DNA of 64,000 bases from Patescibacteria group bacterium (GCA_026397045.1 JAPLVO010000006.1:1706-65705); one strand, 5' to 3'; numbered from the stretch's first letter, positions 1 to 10,078 are shown. Notes: a model not told the origin generated them from the sequence alone. Program-made: numbers and translations.

Positions 1-1
1 T

Positions 2-466
2 TCGGGCTACTCAGCCGCCGCTGGCAGGACTCCTCTAGTAACAGACTGCGCTGCCAATAGCACAAAAAACGGTAATTACAGATGTGGAATAGGTGGGAAC
101 CTGGGTATAAATCTCAAAGATACACTCGGCCTACCTTTAGCGGGTGAAAATTATAACTTCGCTATAAGAATCAAGCCTTACTATGCCGACACCCATTTCG
201 AGGCAACTGCCCTTATCGATAGCAGCACTAATACAGTGCCTATTCAGAGTAGCAAAGCCCAGATAGATGTCACCGCTAAAACAAATAATTTGTATCGTCG
301 AGTAAAGGCTGAAAAAGTAATAATTCCTTCAGCAGTCGAAAACATATTCGAATCCACCATTTATTCGGCTTCAACCGGAACTTTGGGCTCTAACGCTGGC
401 ATATGCAAGACCATAGTAGTACTTAAAGACAACACTCTTGCGCCCAATCAACCAGCCTGTAATTAG
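2..466 (+). CDS. C-terminal part of PilX-like type IV pilus-associated protein (5' truncated by window)
   Basis: Frame is open from position 2 to TAG at 466. The C-terminal QIDVTAKTNNLYRRVKAE and Cys pair resemble CPR minor pilin/PilX-like proteins (family call from memory). Confidence 0.55.
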   Translation, partial: SGYSAAAGRTPLVTDCAANSTKNGNYRCGIGGNLGINLKDTLGLPLAGENYNFAIRIKPYYADTHFEATALIDSSTNTVPIQSSKAQIDVTAKTNNLYRRVKAEKVIIPSAVENIFESTIYSASTGTLGSNAGICKTIVVLKDNTLAPNQPACN

Positions 467-503
467 TACCTAGCCTAGCTCGAATCTAATCTTAAAAAAA
501 GCT

Positions 504-1418
504 CTAGTTTTTATGCTCGCGCGAGTGGAATCGCTGGTGTATTTCTTTTAATTGTGGGTCCGTGACATGCGTGTATATCTGGGTAGTGGCAATATTGGCG
601 TGGCCAAGTAGGCTCTGCACACTGCGCAAATCGGCACCATTGCCGAGTAAATCCGTAGCAAAGCTATGGCGTAATGTGTGGGGAGTGACATGCTTGGTGA
701 TGCCTGCCCTGCGAGCGTAGCGCTCGACGATTCGCTGGATTGTTCGGGCCGTAAGACGATTTATATTTGTGGCCTCGGGATCGCGCCGGTTAGGGGCTTG
801 TACGAACAGTGCTTCTTGGCCGTCTTTGCGTTCCTGAAGGTAGCTTATAAGCGCTGATTTCGCCGAGCTACTTATGTATACAGGCCGGTCCTTTTGTCCC
901 TTACCTCTGATGCTAAATTCGCCTTTATCTAGATTAATACTATCGATATTTAGGCTAACAAGCTCCGACACCCGCAACCCAGTCGAAAACAGAAGTTCCA
1001 GTATTGCTCGGTCTCTAAGGCCAATGATATTATCACTCTTTGTGGCCTCAAAGAGGGCTATGATCTCGTCTTCGGTAAGGAAGCTGACTTGAGGCCGAGC
1101 GCTAGAGGCCAGCTCGATTTTTTCGGGGGCGAGGGTCTTGATGTCGCGGCGAGCCAAGTACTTTAGCATTGATCTTAGTGCGATCAAATGGTAGTTTTGG
1201 GTAGTTTTGGATAGCTCTCGTCCATCGACTCCTTTATAGCGATTAAGCCATTTTCGCCACTTAGTTATGGTATCGATATCTATCTCTCGGGCCTTAATAT
1301 CCCCCTTGAATTCGTAGAATCGGTTCAGGTACAGAGAGTAGTTTTCGATAGTCTTAAGGCTACGGCCTTTTTCGATCTCCATATATTCTAAAAATTCTGC
1401 TAAGTAATCTGAAAACAT
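504..1418 (-). CDS. XerC/XerD-family tyrosine recombinase
   Basis: RDRAILELLFSTGLRVSEL, GKGQKDR, TPHTLRHSFAT and LGHANIATTQIY catalytic motifs. Housekeeping Xer size (304 aa). Confidence 0.95.
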   Translation of the reverse strand: MFSDYLAEFLEYMEIEKGRSLKTIENYSLYLNRFYEFKGDIKAREIDIDTITKWRKWLNRYKGVDGRELSKTTQNYHLIALRSMLKYLARRDIKTLAPEKIELASSARPQVSFLTEDEIIALFEATKSDNIIGLRDRAILELLFSTGLRVSELVSLNIDSINLDKGEFSIRGKGQKDRPVYISSSAKSALISYLQERKDGQEALFVQAPNRRDPEATNINRLTARTIQRIVERYARRAGITKHVTPHTLRHSFATDLLGNGADLRSVQSLLGHANIATTQIYTHVTDPQLKEIHQRFHSREHKN

Positions 1419-1505
1419 AGCCTTAGCGTAAGCCTTATTCGGCCACCAGTCAACCTACTTAAATAGCTTGAGAATATTGCCCTACAGGTGTAAAATAGGC
1501 AACTA

Positions 1506-3355
1506 ATGCTAAGATCCATAACCGACATAAAATATTATGATGTAGTGGTGGTGGGGGCTGGCCATGCTGGCTGCGAAGCCGCGATAGCTTCATCAAGGCT
1601 AGGAGCCAAGACACTGCTTATATCCACGAGCCTCTCCAAGGTGGCTGCTTTGCCTTGCAACCCCTCGATGGCAAAGGACACCTGGTACGGGAAATAGACG
1701 CTCTGGGGGGAGCTATGGGTAAAATAACCGATGCCAGCAGTATTCAAATTAAAGAGCTCAATACCAGTAAGGGCCCTGCCGTACGAGCCTATCGCGCCCA
1801 AGTAGATATGGATCTTTATAACCAAAACATGATCAAACAGCTAGCCGAGTGTGATAATCTTGATTTTTTAGAAGACGAGGCTATTGGCATAGAACTAGAT
1901 GCCAAGCAGGTGGCAGGTGTGTCCACAAAGCACAATGGCGTAGTGCCTACTAGCTCGGCGATAGTTTGTAGTGGGACTTTTCTAAATGGCGAGATATTGG
2001 TCGGAGACGATGTGATTCGCAAGGGCGGCAGGATCGATGAAGATTCCTCAATTTGTCTGAGTGATTCTTTGATCTCACTAGGGCTCAAGCGTGCCCGGCT
2101 CAAGACCGGCACACCCCCAAGAATAGCCAGGAGTAGCATCGATTATACGAAGCTTACGGTATCTAATGGTACCGATGGCGATGTCAGCTTCTCGCACCCC
2201 AACACAAGGCTAATGCCAATGGATCAGCAAGTGCCATGCTGGCTAACCTACACTACCCCCGAGACCCACAAGCTGGTTCTTGATAACCTTAGCGAGTCGC
2301 CAGTGTTTTCAGGAAAAATAACTGAGCGTTCGCCACGAAGCTGTCCTAGCCTAGATCGTAAGATATCTAATTTCCCAGATAGACAGCGTCATCCAATATT
2401 CATCGAGCCAGTTGGAAGGCTGGATGGTCCATTTGGCGAGTGGATGTACATCCAGGGTGCCTCGTTGGCATTCCCAGAGGCGCTCCAGGAGTCTATAATC
2501 CGAACTATTCCGGGCCTCGAGAACGCAGTATTTATAAGATACGGTTATGCCGTAGTATATGATTATTTTTTGCCTCACCAGCTAAAGCTAACTTTAGAAA
2601 CCAAACTTGTCTCGGGGCTGTATTTAGCAGGCCAGCTAAATGGCACTACAGGCTACGAGGAGGCTGCCGCACAGGGCTTGATGGCAGGCATTAATGCCGC
2701 CCAAAAAGTTCAATCCAAGGAGCCTTTCATAATAGATCGCAGCCAGGCCTATATTGGTGTACTTATTGAGGATCTAGTGACCAAGGTTCATGTCGAGCCA
2801 TACCGCATGTTCACTAGCAGGGCTGAGTACCGTTTGCTGCTTCGCAATGACAATGCCGATCTTAGGCTCAGTGCCAAGGGCCATAGCATTGGCTTGCTTT
2901 CAGATAAGCAGATGGCCCGAGTAAATAATAAGCAGCGTGCCATAGATAGCTCTATCGCACTACTAAAAAAGCATAGGGTAGTATTAAATGACAAAACTAT
3001 TTCGGCCTACAATTATCTTGCCAGGCCCGAAAACACAATTAGCACTCTGGCATCCGAGCTGGGGGTTGAGGTAAGTGGTGGCATAGCCGAGCAGGTGGTT
3101 TCGGAGGTGAAGTATAGCGGGTATTTTGAAAAGCAAAAGCGCCAGGCCGAAAAGCTTCGGGATCGCCAAGCCCAAGAGCTCCCGGCGGAGCTCGACTATA
3201 GCGTATTACCAGGCCTCCGAAACGAAGCACGAGCCAGGCTTTTGGAGGTGGCACCTGTAAACTTAGCCCAGGCAAGCCAGATACAAGGCGTGACCCCAGC
3301 GGACCTGACAATAATACTCATTGCTGCACACAAGCTTAGCAAGACTGCCAGATAG
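1506..3355 (+). CDS. mnmG: tRNA uridine 5-carboxymethylaminomethyl modification enzyme MnmG/GidA, frameshifted at ~1669
   Basis: ORF 1506 has [10 protein letters not shown]...PCNPS. ORF 1655 continues [52 protein letters not shown]. The IGGP part of the motif is missing at the junction. Confidence 0.93.
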
Positions 3356-3373
3356 TCTGCTATAATATTGAAC

Positions 3374-4036
3374 ATGTTTGACCTAGATAGCTTACTTAGA
3401 ACAGTCGGATACGCAGGGATATTCGCGATAGTATTTGCCGAATCAGGACTACTGGTAGGGTTCTTTTTGCCAGGTGATAGTCTGCTTTTTACGGCTGGCT
3501 TTTTAGCATCTCAAGGATTTTTTGATATCTTCATACTTTGCATCATAACCTTTGTCGCAGCTGTGGTGGGGGACAATGTAGGTTACCTTTTCGGACGCAG
3601 AGCAGGACCTAAAGTATTTAAAAAGGAAGATTCCCTAGTGTTTAGCAAATCTAATATTGATAAGTCCACGGCATTTTATGAAAAACACGGCGGTAAGACT
3701 ATTGTTTTGGCCAGATTTATTCCTGTAGTAAGGACTTTTGCCCCAGTCATCGCAGGCGTAGGTAAAATGGACTATAAAAAGTTCCTGCTTTTTAATGTTT
3801 TGGGTGGGTTGATATGGGCTGTTGGTGTAACTGCGCTAGGATATTTCCTAGGCAATATCATTCCTGATGTCGATAAATACCTACTGCCCATAGCCGCACT
3901 TATTATATTGGTTTCCATAGCCCCAGCCTTATGGCATCTCTTAAAAGACCAAGAAAAGCGTGCAGAATATCTGAAACGGATCAAGCAGTCTGCTAGCAAA
4001 ATTAAATCTTCCACTGGCAGGAGATCCAGCAAATGA
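3374..4036 (+). CDS. DedA/VTT family membrane protein
   Basis: FAESGLLVGFFLPGDSLLF and ARFIPVVRTFAP motifs. ATG lies 7 nt after TGcTATAAT. Confidence 0.93.
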   Translation: MFDLDSLLRTVGYAGIFAIVFAESGLLVGFFLPGDSLLFTAGFLASQGFFDIFILCIITFVAAVVGDNVGYLFGRRAGPKVFKKEDSLVFSKSNIDKSTAFYEKHGGKTIVLARFIPVVRTFAPVIAGVGKMDYKKFLLFNVLGGLIWAVGVTALGYFLGNIIPDVDKYLLPIAALIILVSIAPALWHLLKDQEKRAEYLKRIKQSASKIKSSTGRRSSK

Positions 4037-5322
4037 GTGCTAGTTTGCATAAAATAAGTACTCTACAAAATGGCGCAAAGATCGTAACTCGCACTATGGA
4101 GGATACTGAGAGCGTAACGGTGTCGTTTTTTTTGGGCGCAGGGGGCCGCTACGAGAATATGAAGACCGAATATGGCGCGGCGCATTTCCTAGAGCACTTG
4201 CTATTTAAAGGTACCACCAAGCGGCCAGAGGCAAGAATTATATCCGAAGAAGTGGATTCGGTGGGCGGCTATATGAACGCCTACACGGCCGAAGATCACA
4301 CCTGCTATTATATTAAACTCCCCAAAAATTATGTGGGCTTGGCATTTAATATCCTGGCCGATATCATCACGGACCCACTATTTAAGCCCGAAGAGGTGGA
4401 GCGTGAGCGAGGAGTTATCCTAGAGGAAATGAATGTTTATAAGGATGATCCAGGCAGGTATGTCTATGATTTGGTAGGAGACTTGCTGTGGCCCAGAGAT
4501 AACCTTAGAACCAATATTATCGGCACTGCAGATATAATTTCCAAGATGCCCCGGCAGTTGATTATTGATTATTTTAAAAGCTTGTATTGCATGGATAACC
4601 TAGTTATTTCCGTTGCGGGCAATGTTAGCCATGCCAAGATATTAGAACTCGCAGAGGACCAGCTAGCCGGCTTTAGTAGCAAAACCAGAAGAGGCTATGA
4701 AAAGATAAAGCATGGCCAATCAGAACAGATATCTAGTATTATTCACCAAGATACCAATCAGACTCATATGATCGTAGCTGGCCGAGCACCCCAGATAGAC
4801 GCCGAGGATGAAGCATCTATGAAGATACTAAGCACATTGCTCGGATCCGGAATGAGCTCGAGGCTATTTTTAAATGTTCGCGAACGGAAGGCTCTGGCAT
4901 ATAGCATTTATATGGGCTACGGTAATTATGTAGATAGTGGCAAATTCGAGATCTACGCGGGGGTTAATAATGACAAGGTAGAGGAGGCTGTCGGTGCAAT
5001 TGCCGAGGAGCTTATTAAGGTTCGTGCCGATGGTGTTGGAAAGCGAGAGCTAGATAAAGCCAAAGAGCAAGTTAGGGGTAGGATGGTGATGGGCCTAGAA
5101 AGCAACTCCTCTGTGGCCGATGCAATGGGTAGCGACCTAATCATTAGCGGTAAGGTCTGGACATTAGCTGAGATGATATCTAAAATAGACGCCGTGAGCA
5201 CAGATTCCGTACTCAAAGTAGCTAATAAATACTTGCAGCCGGGGGATTTGCACTTTGCAGCTATCGGGCCAATAGAACCCGAAATACTTCAAAACATCGA
5301 GCAACTTTTACGGACCAAATAA
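4033..5322 (+). CDS. M16 (pitrilysin) family zinc peptidase
   Basis: HFLEH inverted zincin motif, MNAYT, GMSSRLF..VRE..ALAY. Confidence 0.93.
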   Translation: MSASLHKISTLQNGAKIVTRTMEDTESVTVSFFLGAGGRYENMKTEYGAAHFLEHLLFKGTTKRPEARIISEEVDSVGGYMNAYTAEDHTCYYIKLPKNYVGLAFNILADIITDPLFKPEEVERERGVILEEMNVYKDDPGRYVYDLVGDLLWPRDNLRTNIIGTADIISKMPRQLIIDYFKSLYCMDNLVISVAGNVSHAKILELAEDQLAGFSSKTRRGYEKIKHGQSEQISSIIHQDTNQTHMIVAGRAPQIDAEDEASMKILSTLLGSGMSSRLFLNVRERKALAYSIYMGYGNYVDSGKFEIYAGVNNDKVEEAVGAIAEELIKVRADGVGKRELDKAKEQVRGRMVMGLESNSSVADAMGSDLIISGKVWTLAEMISKIDAVSTDSVLKVANKYLQPGDLHFAAIGPIEPEILQNIEQLLRTK

Positions 5323-5348
5323 ATATTTTAAGTAAAGGAGGATAAATA

Positions 5349-5804
5349 ATGGAAAAATCTTTAATTTTAGTTAAGCCAGACGGCCTGCAAAGGGGTTTGG
5401 TAGGCGAGATAATTTCGCGCTTTGAGCGTAAGGGGCTAAAGATTATTGGCCTAAAGATGCTTAGTATCGAGGATGCCACATTAGAGCAGCACTACGAGCA
5501 TATTGCCGATAAGCCATTTTTTGCCGATATTAAGGTTTTTATGAAAAGTTCACCACTTGTAGCCATCGCCCTAGAGGGCGGGGAAGGTGCAGTAGCCGCC
5601 ATTAGAACTCTAGTCGGACCTACTAAAGGGCAAGAGGCTCCAGCAGGCACAATCCGTGGTGACTTCGGGTTGTCTGGCTCGAGCAACCTTGTTCATGCCT
5701 CAGACAGCGTAGAGACCGGCCGGACAGAGGTAGATAGGTTTTTTGGTAGCGATGAGCTGTTTGAATACACCAAGACTGATTTACAGCATGTCTATGGCAA
5801 GTAA
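5349..5804 (+). CDS. ndk: Nucleoside diphosphate kinase
   Basis: LVKPDG, GTIRGDF, NLVHASDS. SD AAGGAGG upstream. Confidence 0.96.
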   Translation: MEKSLILVKPDGLQRGLVGEIISRFERKGLKIIGLKMLSIEDATLEQHYEHIADKPFFADIKVFMKSSPLVAIALEGGEGAVAAIRTLVGPTKGQEAPAGTIRGDFGLSGSSNLVHASDSVETGRTEVDRFFGSDELFEYTKTDLQHVYGK

Positions 5805-5828
5805 TTAGCTTAAAAAAATTTGCAAGTT

Positions 5829-5860
5829 TTAACCCCGTCCAATATTGCAGACGGGGTTAA
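5829..5860. terminator. Bidirectional hairpin between ndk and the convergent small ORF
   Basis: TTAACCCCGTC...GACGGGGTTAA 11-bp inverted repeat. Confidence 0.7.
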
Positions 5861-5880
5861 ATTCTGAGATTTTTTCTCAG

Positions 5881-6090
5881 TTATGGGGTGTTGATAGTGC
5901 GCTGATCGTGAAGATTGATCACAAAATTGTCTTCTGTGAACACAAAATCTTTCCACGGCGAGTGCTCATTGGGGCGCTTAGCGCCTTTCTTTCGGTTGGG
6001 TATGCTGTACCTACTCTTCCTCTTCGCGACATGCCCCTGCTTCTTGCGGCGTGATTTCCTCTTTCGAGGAGGCCTCACCTTTTTTGGCAT
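5881..6090 (-). CDS. Small, very basic hypothetical protein (69 aa)
   Basis: MPKKVRPPRKRKSRRKK...; has its own TTGCAC/TAATGT-like promoter near 6170-6200 and a downstream terminator. Confidence 0.5.
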   Translation of the reverse strand: MPKKVRPPRKRKSRRKKQGHVAKRKSRYSIPNRKKGAKRPNEHSPWKDFVFTEDNFVINLHDQRTINTP

Positions 6091-6308
6091 TCCTACTACT
6101 GACAAATCCGTTACTCTCCCCCTGTAGACAAGCTGTCGATACGACAGCAACCTTGAATTAAGGTTGCTATACATTATCACAGCCTAATGGGGTAGTGCAA
6201 GCCTAGGCGCCAGGCTAGATTCCCTCCGCTAGCCAGCGGACTAGCCGAACCCTGTGTTCGATCCCAGGCAAACTAACAAAGCCTACAAGCCATGAAGGCT
6301 AATAGACT

Positions 6309-6485
6309 TTGGTACCCTGGGAGGGAAGGCGGCTAAAGCCTTTTTCGTTAAGTGCTCGCTAAATAATCAAACAAGTTTGTTATTTGTCTGCGCGCTTTAC
6401 TGCACCGAACCCTGGGTTCTTTCTCATTGTACCAATATCATTTGCTATCTGCGACAGCCAATAATATTGGTACCCTGGGAGGGAA
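6309..6485. repeat. 19-bp direct repeat of the tRNA-Arg 3' end enclosing a ~140-bp structured insert
   Basis: TTGGTACCCTGGGAGGGAA at 6309-6327 and 6467-6485. CCGAACCCTG(T/G)GTTC at 6245 and 6405. Confidence 0.85.
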
Positions 6486-6543
6486 TCGAACCCCCGACGC
6501 TCTCCTTAGGACGGAGACGCTCTATCCACTGAGCTACCAGGGC
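6468..6543 (-). tRNA. tRNA-Arg(CCT)
   Basis: Cloverleaf GCCCTGG...TCTCC-GTCCTAA-GGAGA...GGTTCGATTCC...ACCA. Confidence 0.93.
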
Positions 6544-6658
6544 ATGTTTATATTATAACCCATCTTCTATAAGATTGACAAAATACAGCATAAGTTGTGT
6601 AGTTCTAGTTCTTAGCCCGCACCCTGCGAGCTCCGGACCCTGGAAGGGTAAATATGGA

Positions 6659-7063
6659 ATGCCAAGCCTGTGCACTTACGAATGGACGGGGGCAGCGCTT
6701 ATTAATTGCCCCAACTGCGATGCAACCATTGGGGAGACCCCAGAGTTGCCTGCATCCGCTCAAACTCAAACTCAAACTCAAACTGCCGCTGAACCCGCAG
6801 AGGAAACCCCAATAATGTACTTTTTCGAGCTAAAAGATAAATTAACGGTAAATGCCATTGTTTATCATGCTAAAGCAGTATCATCTGCCGACGCAAAGGG
6901 AGCTTTACGGAATTTCTACATACAAACAGGGGTTACAAAATATTCTATTCATTGCAACGAAAAGACTATGACAGAAGAAGAAGTCCGAAAAAGACCAGGA
7001 TATTCAGGATATTTAGTCTGGCAGGGGAGTGGTGACGATAAAATAGTCGTTATGCGGAAGTGA
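6659..7063 (+). CDS. Hypothetical protein with CPNC motif and (QT)n linker
   Basis: ORF with TTGACA at 6575, (CAAACT)x4 repeat at ~6761-6784 and a terminator at 7078-7118. Confidence 0.55.
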   Translation: MPSLCTYEWTGAALINCPNCDATIGETPELPASAQTQTQTQTAAEPAEETPIMYFFELKDKLTVNAIVYHAKAVSSADAKGALRNFYIQTGVTKYSIHCNEKTMTEEEVRKRPGYSGYLVWQGSGDDKIVVMRK

Positions 7064-7077
7064 TTCGTTTGACCATA

Positions 7078-7118
7078 GACCCTTCCCGATCACAAAGGAG
7101 TGATTGGGGAGGGTCTTT
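7078..7118 (+). terminator. Intrinsic terminator
   Basis: GACCCTTCCCGATCAC...GTGATTGGGGAGGGTC followed by T residues. Confidence 0.75.
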
Positions 7119-7152
7119 CTATTATTGCTAAAATTAAGTTACAATAAAACTT

Positions 7153-7713
7153 ATGCAAGAACACAAACGAGACAGAGTTAAAAAAAGGATCGCCATAACG
7201 GGCGACGAAGAAGATGTCGTAGCTGTCACAAGGCAGTTTCCGATAGTGTTGCGCCTGCCACTAATTTTAGGGATGTTGGTGGTGCTTATAGGCTTCGTAC
7301 CTTGGGTATTTGCATTCGGGCTCAGCACTAGCTGGCTTGGCCTCAGTTACGCATGGATGGGTGTCTGCGCGGCAATTCTCTTTGCTTATTGGCTACGAGC
7401 CTGGGTGGGTTGGCACTATAGTATATATGTTCTGACCAACCAACGATTATTGGTAGTAAAGCAAAACGGTTTCTTCACCAGAGAAGTAGCCGACTTAGCA
7501 CTTCATAATATTCAAAATGTTAATTATTCTATCAAGGGGTTCCAGGGATCGCTGTTTGGTTTTGGCAGCCTGAGTATTGATACGCTATCGGGGGCCGGTG
7601 GCCTAGAGCTAAGGTATGTCCACAAGCCAGCCAAGCTACAAAAGCAAATTATGAACGAAGTACATAAGTACGGACCTGCCAATACCAAGGAGCAGGTGAC
7701 AAAAAGCCCATAG
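7153..7713 (+). CDS. Membrane protein with bacterial PH (bPH_2) domain
   Basis: Two TM segments, then YVLTNQRLL..QNGFF, IQNVNY..KG..GSLFGFGSL.IDT. Confidence 0.85.
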   Translation: MQEHKRDRVKKRIAITGDEEDVVAVTRQFPIVLRLPLILGMLVVLIGFVPWVFAFGLSTSWLGLSYAWMGVCAAILFAYWLRAWVGWHYSIYVLTNQRLLVVKQNGFFTREVADLALHNIQNVNYSIKGFQGSLFGFGSLSIDTLSGAGGLELRYVHKPAKLQKQIMNEVHKYGPANTKEQVTKSP

Positions 7714-7753
7714 CCGTGTAACATATTAACTATTAACAGAAAGGTTTTAAATC

Positions 7754-8842
7754 GTGCCTAAAGACCCAGACATCAAATCCAACTCCAAGACACCCGCCAA
7801 AGCCGCAACCGTAGCTAACAACAAACAAAAAGCTGGCGCCAAATCGGCACCCGAAAGTAAGCTCAAGGCTTCTGCCAAGCCATCTGCGAAGCAGCTTAGC
7901 TTTAAGGATAAGCTCAGTAAGATAGGCGTTAAAAAGGGGCCCAGTAAGAAGACTATTACGGCTGTTGGCGTAGGTTCACTGGTAGCACTAGTGCTGACAA
8001 TAGCAGTATTTGGTGTAATGATATACAAATACAAGTCCGCCAATAGAGCGGTTAAGATAGCCAGTAAAGTGATACCATACCCTGTGGCAAGTGTTAATGG
8101 GAATTATATTTTCAACACCGCTAGCTACAACGAGTACCTATTTGAGCTGGCTTCAATCCAAAAGTTCTATCAATCTCAGGGTCAAGATTTAACAACTGAG
8201 GAAGGCAAGGTAAAGTTAGCCCAACTAAAGAACGATATAATAACCCAGCTAGAGGACAATGAGATCATAAACCAGCAAGCTGCTAAGTATGGAATTAAGG
8301 TAAGTAGCAAGGAGGTTCAGGAGCAATTTGATACTTTGGTAAAGGAGGCCGGCGGAATAGAGAAGGTAAAGACAACACTGGACAAGCTTTATGGCTGGAC
8401 AGTGGAGGACTTTAAGGCAAAAATTAATCAAAGTATTATCCAAAAGAAGCTAGCCGAAAAAATACTTGCTGATGATAAGCTCAACGATACTGCAAAATCT
8501 CAAGCAGAGGATCTTAAGAAGCAGATCGATGCAGGCGCTGATTTTGCCGAACTTGCCAAGAAATTCTCGGGTGATGAAGGCAGCGCCAGCAATAATGGGG
8601 ATCTCGGCCTAATCATTAAGGGCCAAACCGTACCAGAGTTCGAAGCTGCGGCCTATGCTTTAGAGCCAGGGCAGGTAAGCGCGGTAATTAAAACTCAATT
8701 CGGATACCATATTATAAAAGTTACTGGCAAAGAGGGAGATCAAGTCAGGGCTAGCCACATTCTCATAAAAGGCGTAGATATCCAGACCTGGCTGAGAGAC
8801 CAACGCGCCAAAAGTCAGATCCGACAGTACTTCTACCCGTAG
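7754..8842 (+). CDS. PrsA/SurA-like parvulin peptidyl-prolyl isomerase
   Basis: FAELAKKFS.D.GSA..GDLG, VPEFEAAA, KTQFGYHIIKV; N-terminal TM. Confidence 0.92.
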   Translation: MPKDPDIKSNSKTPAKAATVANNKQKAGAKSAPESKLKASAKPSAKQLSFKDKLSKIGVKKGPSKKTITAVGVGSLVALVLTIAVFGVMIYKYKSANRAVKIASKVIPYPVASVNGNYIFNTASYNEYLFELASIQKFYQSQGQDLTTEEGKVKLAQLKNDIITQLEDNEIINQQAAKYGIKVSSKEVQEQFDTLVKEAGGIEKVKTTLDKLYGWTVEDFKAKINQSIIQKKLAEKILADDKLNDTAKSQAEDLKKQIDAGADFAELAKKFSGDEGSASNNGDLGLIIKGQTVPEFEAAAYALEPGQVSAVIKTQFGYHIIKVTGKEGDQVRASHILIKGVDIQTWLRDQRAKSQIRQYFYP

Positions 8843-8853
8843 ATATATAAGCT

Positions 8854-9465
8854 ATGACTAAAGCCAAAAAGCCCTTCCTCGATAGCTACAGAAAGTTTGC
8901 CCTAATACTAGTAATACTAAGCGTGATTGGGCTGATGGCTTCATTCATATTAACAGTCGAGAAAATAAACCTACTAAAATATCCTTCCAGCCCGCTTAGC
9001 TGCAATCTTAACCCCATAGTAAGCTGCGGCTCTGTTATTGAGTCGGGCCAAGCAGAAGCCTTTGGATTTACGAACTCTCTAATCGGGCTTGCTGGATTCA
9101 GCGTTATAATAACCATCTGCGTAGGCATGCTGGCTGGCGCCAAGTACAAGAAGTGGTTCTGGCTGGGGCTGCAAGCCGGCACGATACTAGGTGTTATTTT
9201 TGCACATTGGCTGTTCTACCAGAGTGTATATGTCATACAAGCACTTTGTCCTTTCTGCATAGTTGTCTGGGCGGTTGTTATTGGGCTTTTTGTATATACC
9301 ACCTGCTTTAATTTTGCTGAGGGTAATATTAAAACCCCTAAGCAACTATCTTCTGCTATCAAGTGGCTCACTCACAATGCATGGTTTATCGTGGCTTTAT
9401 GGTATTTAGCAATAATCGTAGCTATCCTGACAAATTTCTGGTACTACTGGAAGACACTGTTTTAG
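8854..9465 (+). CDS. Vitamin K epoxide reductase (VKOR) family disulfide-forming protein
   Basis: CNLNPIVSCGSV loop cysteines and CPFC active site. Confidence 0.93.
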   Translation: MTKAKKPFLDSYRKFALILVILSVIGLMASFILTVEKINLLKYPSSPLSCNLNPIVSCGSVIESGQAEAFGFTNSLIGLAGFSVIITICVGMLAGAKYKKWFWLGLQAGTILGVIFAHWLFYQSVYVIQALCPFCIVVWAVVIGLFVYTTCFNFAEGNIKTPKQLSSAIKWLTHNAWFIVALWYLAIIVAILTNFWYYWKTLF

Positions 9466-9485
9466 GGGTTTAAGGAAATTAGATC

Positions 9486-9525
9486 ATAGAAAAAGCCTCA
9501 ATCAGTAGGGTTGAGGCTTTTTCTA
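9486..9525. terminator. Bidirectional terminator (VKOR / tRNA-Asp)
   Basis: ATAGAAAAAGCCTCAA...TTGAGGCTTTTTCTA inverted repeat. Confidence 0.8.
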
Positions 9526-9601
9526 TGGCGGGCCCGACCGGATTTGAACCGGCGATCTCCTCCGTGACAGGGAGGCGTGATAACCACTTCACTACGGGCC
9601 C
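9526..9601 (-). tRNA. tRNA-Asp(GTC)
   Basis: GGGCCCG...CCTCC-CTGTCAC-GGAGG...GGTTCAAATCC...GCCA. Confidence 0.96.
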
Positions 9602-9832
9602 GTATTCGGTTAAAACTAATTTGAACCTGATTATTCTACCAAATAAACGCAAATATTTCAATCTGTAGCCGGCTAGGTATCCCACTTATCCTTGACATAA
9701 AAGCTTATGTTTGCTATTATATACGCTTATCTGGTAGGTGGAGGCCAATCAGAGATTGCCATCATTCCTTTTAGGATCGGTGGTGAGTTTAACTGTTTAA
9801 CTAAAACAAATAAAAAAACAAAAGGAGCTAAA

Positions 9833-10078
9833 ATGTATTCGAGTACTCAAATGTTAACATATTATCAAGTATCAAGACCACGAAAAATAAAAGTGAGGGT
9901 GGTCAAGGCGCATGCCCATGTGCCTTATTTGGGTTCTGGAAATGTCATAGACACCCGTAAATTACAGAAAAAGATTAGCTTTGGCGCTACATTCTTCGCT
10001 AGCTCGCATGATACCCAGCTAACTGAGTACGATAAATGGCAAAAGCTGAATCGTAAGCTTAGAAAACTGCTTATCTAG
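9833..10078 (+). CDS. Small basic hypothetical protein (81 aa)
   Basis: SD AAAGGAG before ATG 9833, TTGACA at 9692 and terminator at ~10126-10157. Confidence 0.6.
   Translation: MYSSTQMLTYYQVSRPRKIKVRVVKAHAHVPYLGSGNVIDTRKLQKKISFGATFFASSHDTQLTEYDKWQKLNRKLRKLLI

Noticed and set aside
504-1418. Prophage or island integrase
   Set aside because: Housekeeping Xer size and motifs, flanked by core genes, with no att repeats or cargo nearby.
6505-6513. Unusual G32 in the tRNA-Arg anticodon loop as a sign of recoding
   Set aside because: The rest of the cloverleaf is normal and all genes read correctly in code 11.
9725-9790. Canonical SAM-I riboswitch
   Set aside because: Lacks the P3 GCAACC core and pseudoknot; kept only as an unnamed structured leader.
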